From: Oopsacas minuta
Lineage: Eukaryota > Animalia > Porifera
Assembly: GCA_024704765.1 (NCBI GenBank)
Contig: JAKMXF010000299.1
Coordinates: 62,001 to 126,000, forward strand
Length of the DNA stretch: 64,000 nt
Reading direction: 5' to 3'
Positions 55,301 to 64,000 of the stretch are shown here, in pieces. Positions within the stretch are counted from its first letter, which is position 1, and every line of letters begins with the position of its first letter. The notes beneath the pieces are model-generated. The model searched no databases. It saw only the letters and a program-made list of their open reading frames with translations, and was not told where the DNA came from. A program made the translations under genes and the position numbers.

Positions 55301-57900
55301 ATTTCTCTTTCAGAAAATACAATAAAAACAGATTTATCTGTTTGTGATTTTCACTATCTTATCATTGATATATTGGATCATGTTAATCCGTCCCACACTA
55401 TCCGATACGAATTAGCTATAGTAGAAAGTAATTACCCCAATATTTGTCCTTTAAACTTACTTTATAATAAAATGCATTCTCTCTTAAAGACCTCCTTTCT
55501 CATTGTAACTGATAGCTTGTTTACCCATGCCAGTTGTACCGGGTATCTCTGGCACCTACCTATCAGTAAATCGCTCCCTTGGCGAGACTAATAGATACAT
55601 GATAACATGATATAATAATAATAATGAAGATTATACAGTGCCTCATGTATACCTATATTCTAAATTAATGGTAATACTTCCTTTGCATCCTCTGCTGTTT
55701 CTGATGAATATACTTATAATTTATTATGAGGGTTATTATACATGTAATACTTATTCTATGAACAAGATATTTAATGCTACGTAATTAATCCTTTGAAATA
55801 GTACATTTCCATATTATATCTGTTAATATATATTGAACTAACTATGTCGTAAGATAAATATACGTTTCTACCTTCAGAAAGTACAAGTTCATGAACATCA
55901 GATGTTTCATGTTGGTAGCAATCATTCGGTTAATTAAGTATCGATGCAAATTCTATCACCTCATGACAGTTATATCCTGACATGAATAGTCATCAATTAC
56001 CTTGTTAGCTATTGATTATCATCCATTTGGTACACATCTGCAATGCTATTCTGACAATTAATTCTATAGCTTGTTGTGTAAGGCAAGTGATAGTACTGAT
56101 AGCACTGCTAATTCTATTAACTTGTATTATGCCCCTTAATTGCGTTTCTCTGATTATACTCGTCTTGATTAATAGAATGAATGAGCTCAAGGCGTTACAC
56201 GATAGGTCAACCAAGTATACAGCATATGCTTCATCCCACACTCTTAGAAAAAGACCTAATGAATATGAAAGGTTATTTTAACTTAACTTGTTTACGATAA
56301 TGATTGAATAAAATACTTTTCCTGTATTATCTAAGATCTTTTGAGCATTTCTTGGGAAAAATCTTACAATTTTCTTTAGAATTTACAACTTTAGAATTTT
56401 CTAAATTTATGTTTAGTGATATCTACGCGAAACAGGCAAGACTGGACACGAGTGGATACTCAGGAGAATCTTCTCAATACCAAATGTGAGTATTATATTT
56501 ATATTTAGTAATAATGTCAAAAAATGTTTATTAATATAAAACTAATTTTAGCTATCTCTTATGACTATTATAATGTCATTGTAATACAGACAAATCATTT
56601 GTAGGTTGATTAGTTGTAAAAACAGCCGATTTTACACTTAGCCAATAGTCTGAATTTTTGTTTGGTAATTTTACTATATACCAAACGGTTGTTTTATGGT
56701 GAATTGTCATTACCAACCACACACCAGACAATTCTATGAGATTCTCTTTGCTTTTATCTCAAATAGAAATGTACTTTAAAGTTTGTTTACATTGTGTATT
56801 ACTAAAATATTTACGTTAAATTTTCATAACAATTCAATGATTATATACAAACACTGGTATTATGTGCCAACTTACCAATGGGAGGTATCACTACTAGCAC
56901 CCACGTGTCTAATCCTTGAATAATAATTAAATCAAGATATCCTTATTAGATAATTCACTTATCTACCATATTGTTTTGTTGGATAACTTTTCTTTTGTTT
57001 GATTTAATTAACATGTAAGGGTATGACTTGTAAATCTATAATATGCTACGTGATTATCCAATAGATTAATGTCACTAGTAGATTTGACCTGAATTTGGAA
57101 AGATACAGGTAGTATATTTGTTAATAATCCATTTATTTCGAGAGCTATTTGGATGTTGATTTATGAATATACGTCGTACATGTACTTTGAAATATGGTGG
57201 GTTTATGCAATCTGTAGCTCATTTTTCCGAGTAATTCAGCATTATTAACTTTCGTTTGATTAATTATAGCTATATTTGTCAGTCAATTTGTAGAATTCAT
57301 TGAAATTTGTTGTTAGATTCGTAATCACTCTGAAGTTGTAAAACATTTTAATCTCTCCTCAAATTGCATTTGGTTAAATCGCACAAAATAGTTCATCAAA
57401 TTATAAATGTTCTGTCATTAAATATTATAAATATTAATTTGTTATATAAATGCTAATTTGATGAATGAAATATACACCCCCCCCTCCTGACATAAAAGCA
57501 TTTAAGAACAAATTCTATCCTACGTTTCACCTTATCGTTTTAGCTTATCTTTTCCCTTATCTGTCCTGCTAGCTATTTCATAGCTGTAATACCCAGTAAT
57601 TGAAAATTCAGTCCATACTAACGTAATCTTATCTTTGATACACCTCCCAATTACTGAATTGATATATTATATCTGTATTAACTTAACAATTATTCCAATA
57701 ACGTATATGATATTATCAGTTGAATTTCAGTTCTTTATACATTTTATTTTCACTGTAGGAACTACTCACAAGGTCAGCAGAACTATTCCCAATACTACTC
57801 CACCCCAACTCAAGGGAATATTTACCAATACCAATCTTCTTCTCAAGGCAGAGATATGAGTAACGCTAACAATCAACAATGGACCCAGCAGGTAGAGTAG
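46305..57900 (+). CDS. PRPF39: PRPF39 U1 snRNP HAT-repeat protein with a long acidic N-terminal extension; about 16 exons and introns up to about 2.1 kb
   Basis: [12 protein letters not shown] (48140s), [15 protein letters not shown] (48300s), [11 protein letters not shown] (49480s), [20 protein letters not shown] (52141), [24 protein letters not shown] (about 53980), LRKRPNE (56240s), Q/Y-rich tail ending at TAG 57898-57900. 3' exons are less certain. Confidence 0.85.
46783..47420 (+). repeat. Coding tandem repeat in the PRPF39 N-terminal extension (195-nt / 65-aa period, about 32-aa sub-units)
   Basis: gaacattctgacgagtcagctga starts at 46783 and 46978. [12 protein letters not shown]...[27 protein letters not shown] occurs twice, with more degenerate (E/Q)H(S/P)DE units downstream. 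Confidence 0.85.
48501..48770 (-). CDS. Small secreted acidic Tyr/Asp/Glu-rich peptide (89 aa), antisense inside PRPF39 intron 48398-49455
   Basis: Signal-peptide-like [19 protein letters not shown], then a tail with 11 Tyr and 15 Asp/Glu in the last 42 residues; ATG to TAA, single exon. Confidence 0.7.
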   Translation of the reverse strand: MFWKGLIVFTLLINIALPAHVDFQAEVIELEVPWELIPSQENTIATPNYIPEEPDYYPEEGATDYRDYYDDYFDSYYYDEEPRDNSEYI

Positions 57901-58500
57901 CCTCATGATTAGCACGTAATATAACTCCTTTCAATTTTTCCTAGAAATAGCGTATTCTATTGCTTCGATAGAGATATCATTATACGTGTTATACTTCGTT
58001 AATTTGTGTATACCATGCATCAATGATGTCTAGCCTACTTTCTTTAAATCATAATGGCTCTAATCAATTACTTGAAGACTCTAAAATTGAACTCTCTTTA
58101 AAGCTTTTGTATTCCCTTATAGGATAAAATTGCTTCACATAAGTAACAATTAGTTTAACAAATTCTCTCTCTGTTCTTTAGTATAACTACCAACAAGATT
58201 GGAATTATCAGCATCAATATTAAGATGTGGGATAGAGAGAGGGGATTTGACTATGAGAGTTGGTGACAAGACTCATAGCTGTGACTGAATACTTTTAATA
58301 CAGTTCATATATTAATTAATTATGTTAGTTTTGATGTTTGATTATTAGTTAAATAATCAATTGTTCAGTATTGTTTGTTTACTTCTCCTGCTGGTTTCTG
58401 TTTCAAATTCTACTAAAACTATTTCAGTTCTCAATATTACTGACCTATCACCAACTTGAGATAAACAGGAAGTATAAAATGTTTTGATCACTCTATACTA
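48850..58500 (-). pseudogene. Possible decayed multi-exon cadherin-like gene interleaved antisense with PRPF39
   Basis: Stop-ridden minus-strand fragments read by eye: [11 protein letters not shown] (about 48985), ILSIIDLQD (about 54660), YFEIEQSS (about 54990), [21 protein letters not shown] (about 55900), [13 protein letters not shown] (about 57080). There is an antisense GTAAGT donor at 56870-56875. Confidence 0.3.
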
Positions 58501-59796
58501 CAGCCACTAATTGAAAGTATTATTAATTAGTAATTACTAATAATTATGAGTAATATTGTTTAATTAGCAGAATTTTATTGACAAAATTTATCAGTACTTA
58601 TCTGTGATAATGATCTTCTTATTTAAGACAACAGGTCGCCGGCTAGGATGGTAGATTTGTTTAAGGGCGTTTTAATGTATTTATTTTCAAAAGAGTATTT
58701 CTTATGAGATTAACCCTCGTGTCTAGAACAGTACACTAGTTTCAATGTTAAAGAAAGAAGTATGAAAGTTCTACACAAACAAATTAATGCAGATATTGCT
58801 TTTAGAAGAGAATAATCTTCGATATCTCCATTTCAACTTAGCTTCCACTTTTCTTATGGTCTATTGTATATTCATTTTCTATTCAATGTAGATTTGTTTA
58901 CAATTAATTTCAGACTAGCTTGATTATGAAGATTAAAATTATATTGCCTGTTTTATCGATTTATCGACTACTCGCTTCCAGTGATATCTCTGTTATGTTA
59001 TTATCATTATTAATCCACCGCCTGCAACATGCATTGAATCATGCCGAAGTATATGCAATTGTTCCAAATCCATTAAAGTCTCAAGTGTAGTTTAATTGCT
59101 TTAATCAGTGAACTTTGAATCATTTTGGATAGAAATCGCGAACACAATTGCACAACCCACCTACAACCGTTCTTTCACAATATTTCTAGCTATCCATATC
59201 TTTACATTGTACCCTATTTTTGCTTTTTGCAGTTTCTATATTGTCCCATATGTATACTCGTGTAGTCAAAATTATATTATTTGTAGATAAATAGTGATAA
59301 TTGGGGGCAGCTATATTTTGTGTAGGGGTGTATTAACTACGTAGTTATTCTCTAACATGTATTACATAGTGATAATTATACTTCTATTTATCATTGTATT
59401 ACATCACCATTTGTCTCGTGTTTATCTCCATTTATGTCTGTTCTATCGAATTTGATAACTTAACTCGGCTTCCATTCCGTGTAAGTTTTCGCATAGTTGA
59501 TGCCATAAACATCGTTATCACTATTAAATCCTTATACTTCCCAGAATGCATTTTGAAGCTTCGATAATTTGCATATTTTCTACGAATATTTGCTCAATAT
59601 TTTATATTTTCCGTAATTATGTCCATTTATGATTATTTTATATTTGTTTCCTTCGTAGGCTGTATTTACCCATAATTTGTCCAAATTTATTTCAAAGTTT
59701 GATGTGTTGTTTTAATCAGATAATTACTATAAACATGATTCGTGGTTGAGAAAATCGTGAAATAATTATTTACATTATAAAGTGTAATTTTGAGAA

Positions 59797-60531
59797 CTAG
59801 CAACTCGAGTATGAGCTTTCACTCGAACAAATACTCATATCTGACCCGAAATCTGATTCAACTGGACTGCTTGCATAATTTCGTTCTGTATTTCCATAAG
59901 ACCATCCAAAATATTCTTCTAACATTCTCTGTTGCTCTTCTTCCTTTCTTTTTAATTCATAAGCTTTATGTTTTTCGCCTGTCTCCTCTCTCAGTTTCCA
60001 TAATCGTTTCCTGAGTGTAACCAGCCAGCATTTAATCTTACGACTTTGTGTGTATTCGTGTGAGACAGGAAGTGCTTTTATTAAGAGTTGATATTTTGCT
60101 TCTGTCTCTTCAACTCGTCTCCATAGAGCCATGAAATCCTTTACGAATTGTTTCTTTACTTCCTTGGTCATTTCGATGTTTTTGTAATTTTTTTGTAGAA
60201 TAGATATTTCGTATTCTAATCCAATGGTTGAACTCTCCAGGGTGATAATTGAGAATTCTACCTCTTCACGTATTTGAACAGGTTCTGTTTGTGTTGATTT
60301 TTGGTTGAATGATGTTTGTCTAGTTAATACGCTTCGTGACCTAGTATAGTTTTGACTTGGCCGTCTTTTAAGTTGTGTTAATTGTGCATCCTTCATTCTC
60401 AATTCATTTTGACGTATAAATGTTTGACTTTGGAATTGTAGGACCTTTCTCTTTTCTCTATCTTCGCCGAGTTTGAATTTAATTTGTTGTTGTTTTTGTT
60501 GGCAAAATGTTTGGTAAACTGTATCAGTCAT
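59797..60531 (-). CDS. Orphan intronless coiled-coil protein (244 aa)
   Basis: 735-nt ATG-to-stop ORF in otherwise stop-rich AT-rich DNA; K/E/Q/R-rich helical composition and a Ser-rich tail; no family recognised. Confidence 0.5.
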   Translation of the reverse strand: MTDTVYQTFCQQKQQQIKFKLGEDREKRKVLQFQSQTFIRQNELRMKDAQLTQLKRRPSQNYTRSRSVLTRQTSFNQKSTQTEPVQIREEVEFSIITLESSTIGLEYEISILQKNYKNIEMTKEVKKQFVKDFMALWRRVEETEAKYQLLIKALPVSHEYTQSRKIKCWLVTLRKRLWKLREETGEKHKAYELKRKEEEQQRMLEEYFGWSYGNTERNYASSPVESDFGSDMSICSSESSYSSC

Positions 60532-61442
60532 TTTCTTGTAATTTTCAATTGATTAATTCAAGTAGTAAGAATTGATTGTATCTTACTCAAACTCGTATTT
60601 ATAGTAATTATATTACTTCCTTCAATATACCACCATACGCTCGCTCGAGTAATAATATAATACAGCTATAATACGCTCTATTATTTAATTGAATGGTCTA
60701 ATTATCCATTTTTGTATCATCATGAAATTTACAAACTTCATGGAGCTGGTGTCCAAATTTATAAAGTGCTAGTTTTGTAAGCGTTAAAAGCATCTACGAT
60801 ATCATATTTTAATCGCTATTATCATAATTTTGTAATTATGCTGCTCCACCATTAATAATCGAATGGATGAGTGCAGCTTTATATTACCTATTAGTTGCAA
60901 ATTTGCAAAAAAAATGCGTAAAATGAATAATTACGAACCAATTCGTATATGTTACTAATGCAAGCTGTGTCATGCAGAAATAGCAATTTATTTTTGTCAA
61001 TTATGTCAATTTGTAACTGTTGTCAGGCTTTATTTCATTATTCTTTACTAACCACTAAACCACCATGTGAGCACTATTTTACCATTGCATGTACTATTTC
61101 TTTGTTTGGAATTTGAAAGTGTGCAATAATTCAAACATCTGTAGTTAACGGTGAGTCTCTTTACGTTCTTACTGTCCTGTAATCTGTATTTACCCACCAT
61201 CTGATTTTACAATTAGTTAATTTATCATTCGCCAATCTTTACAAGTACTTTTCCTTAAAAAGACTTGTAAATTGTGCAATTGTTATACTATTTACAGATA
61301 AAACAAAATTCGAGCTAAACCATCTTTACAGTATTGTTTAGTTCAGGGTACATTGTAATATAGGAAATCACCAGTTTACGAAATATCCATTATATCCGTC
61401 AATATTGTGTTTTGTATTCTATAAGCTTTTAGCATGAACCAG

Positions 61443-62547
61443 ATGTATAATATAACAAACACTTCATATATTAACTCTTACAATCTGGTAAAGGTAATTT
61501 TGTATCTTATATCTAATTATGATTTAAAGTAGGTACTCTAATTGCTTGTTGTTGTACTGTAATGTTTACTTGAACTATAATACATTCAGTTTAACAAATT
61601 ATAGCTACCTACTCAATGCTTACATAGAATATTGTGTTTCAGTAAAATAGGTAAAATAATGTCATTCTATGCGGTACAAGTTGGCCGATCTCCCGGGGTG
61701 TATAGAAGCTGGGATGACTGTTCTATGCAGGTCCACAAGTATCCTAAAGCAGTGTATAAGAAGTTTAGTACAATGAGTGAGGCTAAAATGTTCTTAGAAC
61801 ATCCCAGATACTCTTATAAAGCAAGTACAAAAGTTCCTTCCTCGCTCAGAGGTGCGAGTTATCACACTTCTACTTCTGAGTATCTTCCTTCAGCTTCTAC
61901 AATTCCGTTTGCATGTTCTGGCGCTTCAAAATTCGCTGAACCAATTCCTAAGCCTAAACCAGTAAAGAAGCAAGTGATACCTGATCCTCCTCCTGCCCCA
62001 GGCTGTGAAGAATACGTGTATACAGATGGGTCATGTCTGTCTAACGGAATAACAGCTGATGCTAAAGCAGGTGTAGGAGTATATTGGAGAGAGGAATCTG
62101 AGTATAATATTAGTAATAAGTTGGATAATGGAGTACAGACTAACGCTAGAGCAGAACTAGTTGCAATCAAAACTGCACTAGAACAAGGAATACACAAGGT
62201 AATACGACTTCCAACCATGGATAATAATCCTTACAAAAATATTTACTCAGGGACTCTTAACTTTATTAATATTATCCATTTGTTCCAAACAGGGTATCAG
62301 ATCTCTTGAGGTTAGAAGTGATAGTAAGTACGCGATTAAGTCTTGCAGCATTTGGCTTAAAAAGTGGTATAACAACGGTTGGAAATTATCCAGTAAAGAT
62401 GACGTGTGTCATCAAGATGTCCTCATAGAGATAAAACAATTAATTAACAGATATGATGAAGTACGTTGGACACATGTACCTGCACACAAAGGTTATTTTG
62501 GTAATGAGATGGCGGATAAGCTAGCCAAGCACGGAGCGCAGAATTAG
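61443..62547 (+). CDS. RNASEH1: Ribonuclease H1 (core exons 61659-62198 and 62293-62547; candidate upstream exon 61443-61493 spliced to 61605)
   Basis: Hybrid-binding domain FYAVQVGRSPGVYRSWDDC...AVYKKF. Catalytic residues in VYTDGSC, QTNARAELVAI, VRSDSKY and HVPAHKGYFGNEMADKLA. Stop TAG 62545-62547. Confidence 0.93.
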
Positions 62548-62683
62548 AAATTACCCTTCATTAATTTGTGAACAGAATTGTGTTTATTGAGTTATTTAAT
62601 GACGGAGATGATTCTGAGATTATTTATTTATTTGTTTGTTGTATTATGATATTAATTGTTTATAATTATTATACACATTAGCT

Positions 62684-63457
62684 ATGGATACTGGAAATAG
62701 AGGAGTTGTACAGACAATTGTCAACGTGTTACAACGCACATCTGGTAGAGATAAAATAGCTCGTATAATACAGTACGGAGGATTATTTATTGCTTGGCTA
62801 ATTGATAAATACAATCTCCCTCAGCACTTCGTTAAGAAGATTATACGTGTGATGATCAGAAGAGAAAGTTTAAGTAATGCTGTACGTGCTATGTCGAGTA
62901 GTGCTGGTAACGCGCGTAAAGTATTCAGACTATTCGGTTATATCGAGCAGCTACGAAGCGCGGTATCTGCCCTGTCATTAATTGACCCTAACAAGATGCT
63001 ACTCGTATCTTCTGCTAAGTTATGTGCAGCTGGTTACCTATTCTGTGACAATTTAGTGTGGGTTAATAGTGTAAATATTATCTCATTAAATGCTGATAAA
63101 TGGAAGAAATATGAATACAGATTCTGGCTCACACAAATAGCTCTCAATTCCCTTAGAGATTTCTATGAATGGTGTTTGATAGGTATTCGCGAAATCGAGC
63201 GTATAAATTCCGCGAGAACAGGCGAAGTTATCCCACTAGAACCTAAACCTATCCACACTCGTTTGCTCAGTATCTGCTCTCTAAATAAAGATCTCATCAT
63301 GGACTCTATAACCAATATCATGGACCTGACTATACCCCTGACGAAGTTAGGTTACACCCACATACCAGAGCATATGATCGGTCTGATAGGACTCATAACG
63401 TCTATACTGAGATTAATTCCTATTATATCTCCTATCTACAAACTGCCATACTCATAG
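62684..63457 (+). CDS. PEX11: Peroxisomal membrane protein PEX11, intronless
   Basis: TSGRDKIARIIQYG, ARKVFRL, GYLFCDNLVW, YRFWL, NIMDLTIPL...IGLIGLITSI. Confidence 0.88.
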   Translation: MDTGNRGVVQTIVNVLQRTSGRDKIARIIQYGGLFIAWLIDKYNLPQHFVKKIIRVMIRRESLSNAVRAMSSSAGNARKVFRLFGYIEQLRSAVSALSLIDPNKMLLVSSAKLCAAGYLFCDNLVWVNSVNIISLNADKWKKYEYRFWLTQIALNSLRDFYEWCLIGIREIERINSARTGEVIPLEPKPIHTRLLSICSLNKDLIMDSITNIMDLTIPLTKLGYTHIPEHMIGLIGLITSILRLIPIISPIYKLPYS

Positions 63458-63533
63458 ATTTAACATATAACTTTATTAGTGAGGGATAAAATATGGAATC
63501 CTTTCATAGTTTGCGATTTTGTACGCATATAGA

Positions 63534-63974
63534 TTATATTAAATTGTTTTGTATATATTGTGCGATTTGATGAAGTATTTCCTTATTGCTAGTTTCGAGT
63601 GCTTCTAGTCTCAAGTAGATTCCATCTTCTGTAAGCCCCTTCTTGAATTCACCTTTCTCAATTTCACTTCCTTCTTTTATTTCAACTAGAAACTCTATTA
63701 AACACAAATATTCTGACTCTAGTTTCACTGCTTTGTCTTCTATCATATCCTCACTATCACTATATTTTCTCTTACACCCTACTACTTGATTATCTTCTTC
63801 CATTGATAAGCTCTCTCTCATCTTCTTTATCCTCTTCTTCCTCCTCTGATTCGCCCACGTATTCCTATACGCAATACATATATACTTGCTACCTTCATAT
63901 ACCTCTATCTCTAGCTGTAAGCTCTCAAACACATCCATTAGCACTTTATCTATCTTCATTGTAGCTCCTTCTTC
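63534..63974 (-). CDS. METTL16: METTL16 (U6 snRNA m6A methyltransferase), last exon encoding the C-terminal VCR region; the rest lies beyond the window
   Basis: YRNTWANQRRKKR and SNKEILHQIAQYIQNNL match my recollection of METTL16 (ENSWIHLRRKKR; QNRDLMNQLCTYIRNQI). A phase-0 acceptor lies at 63975-63976. Confidence 0.7.
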   Translation of the reverse strand, partial: EEGATMKIDKVLMDVFESLQLEIEVYEGSKYICIAYRNTWANQRRKKRIKKMRESLSMEEDNQVVGCKRKYSDSEDMIEDKAVKLESEYLCLIEFLVEIKEGSEIEKGEFKKGLTEDGIYLRLEALETSNKEILHQIAQYIQNNLI

Positions 63975-64000
63975 CTATAGATCAACATACAAATAAGTAA

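Noticed and set aside
49969-59290. Short + strand ORFs in and after PRPF39 introns (49969, 51301, 53262, 55271, 57635, 59108)
   Set aside because: AT-rich low-information translations with no domain or splice support. Only the parts overlapping true PRPF39 exons (in ORFs 50255, 52685, 56012, 56304) are accepted.
61632-62547. RNase H as part of a retroelement or caulimovirus-like insert
   Set aside because: It has the cellular RNase H1 layout (hybrid-binding domain, linker, catalytic domain) with a spliceosomal intron, and no RT, integrase or LTR nearby.

Overview
Eukaryotic, AT-rich, very gene-dense animal DNA with many intronless genes and typical introns of about 50-60 nt. Gene content and compactness suggest a sponge, most likely a glass sponge (Hexactinellida); this is an inference, not a database result. 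About 25 protein-coding loci are supported. On +: CLEC16A (3' part), a PH adaptor, an orphan membrane protein, RFT1, an Ig receptor, LUC7L, TUT4/7, NSUN2, a ZDHHC, GAK, an E2, KDELR, a RING-SH2 protein, a giant cadherin-repeat adhesion GPCR, PRPF39, RNASEH1 and PEX11. On -: a GNAT, LZTR1, CRIPT, a class-IV aminotransferase, a small secreted acidic peptide, an orphan coiled-coil ORF and the last exon of METTL16. The most striking feature is the architecture. (1) An intronless TUT4/7 gene sits on the same strand inside LUC7L intron 1; its acceptor would join LUC7L exon 1 in frame to TUT4/7 except for one TAA. (2) A four-gene antisense cluster fills one 5.6-kb intron of the cadherin-GPCR. (3) Most start codons, on both strands, lie about 0-25 nt after a 3' splice-acceptor-like AG, in co-directional runs with gaps of about 90-490 nt, as expected for polycistronic transcription resolved by spliced-leader trans-splicing. 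(4) LUC7L carries a candidate 13-nt poison micro-exon. No rRNA, tRNA, CRISPR array or intact transposon could be supported. All exon boundaries were read by eye from GT-AG sites and reading-frame continuity; none is backed by transcript data.
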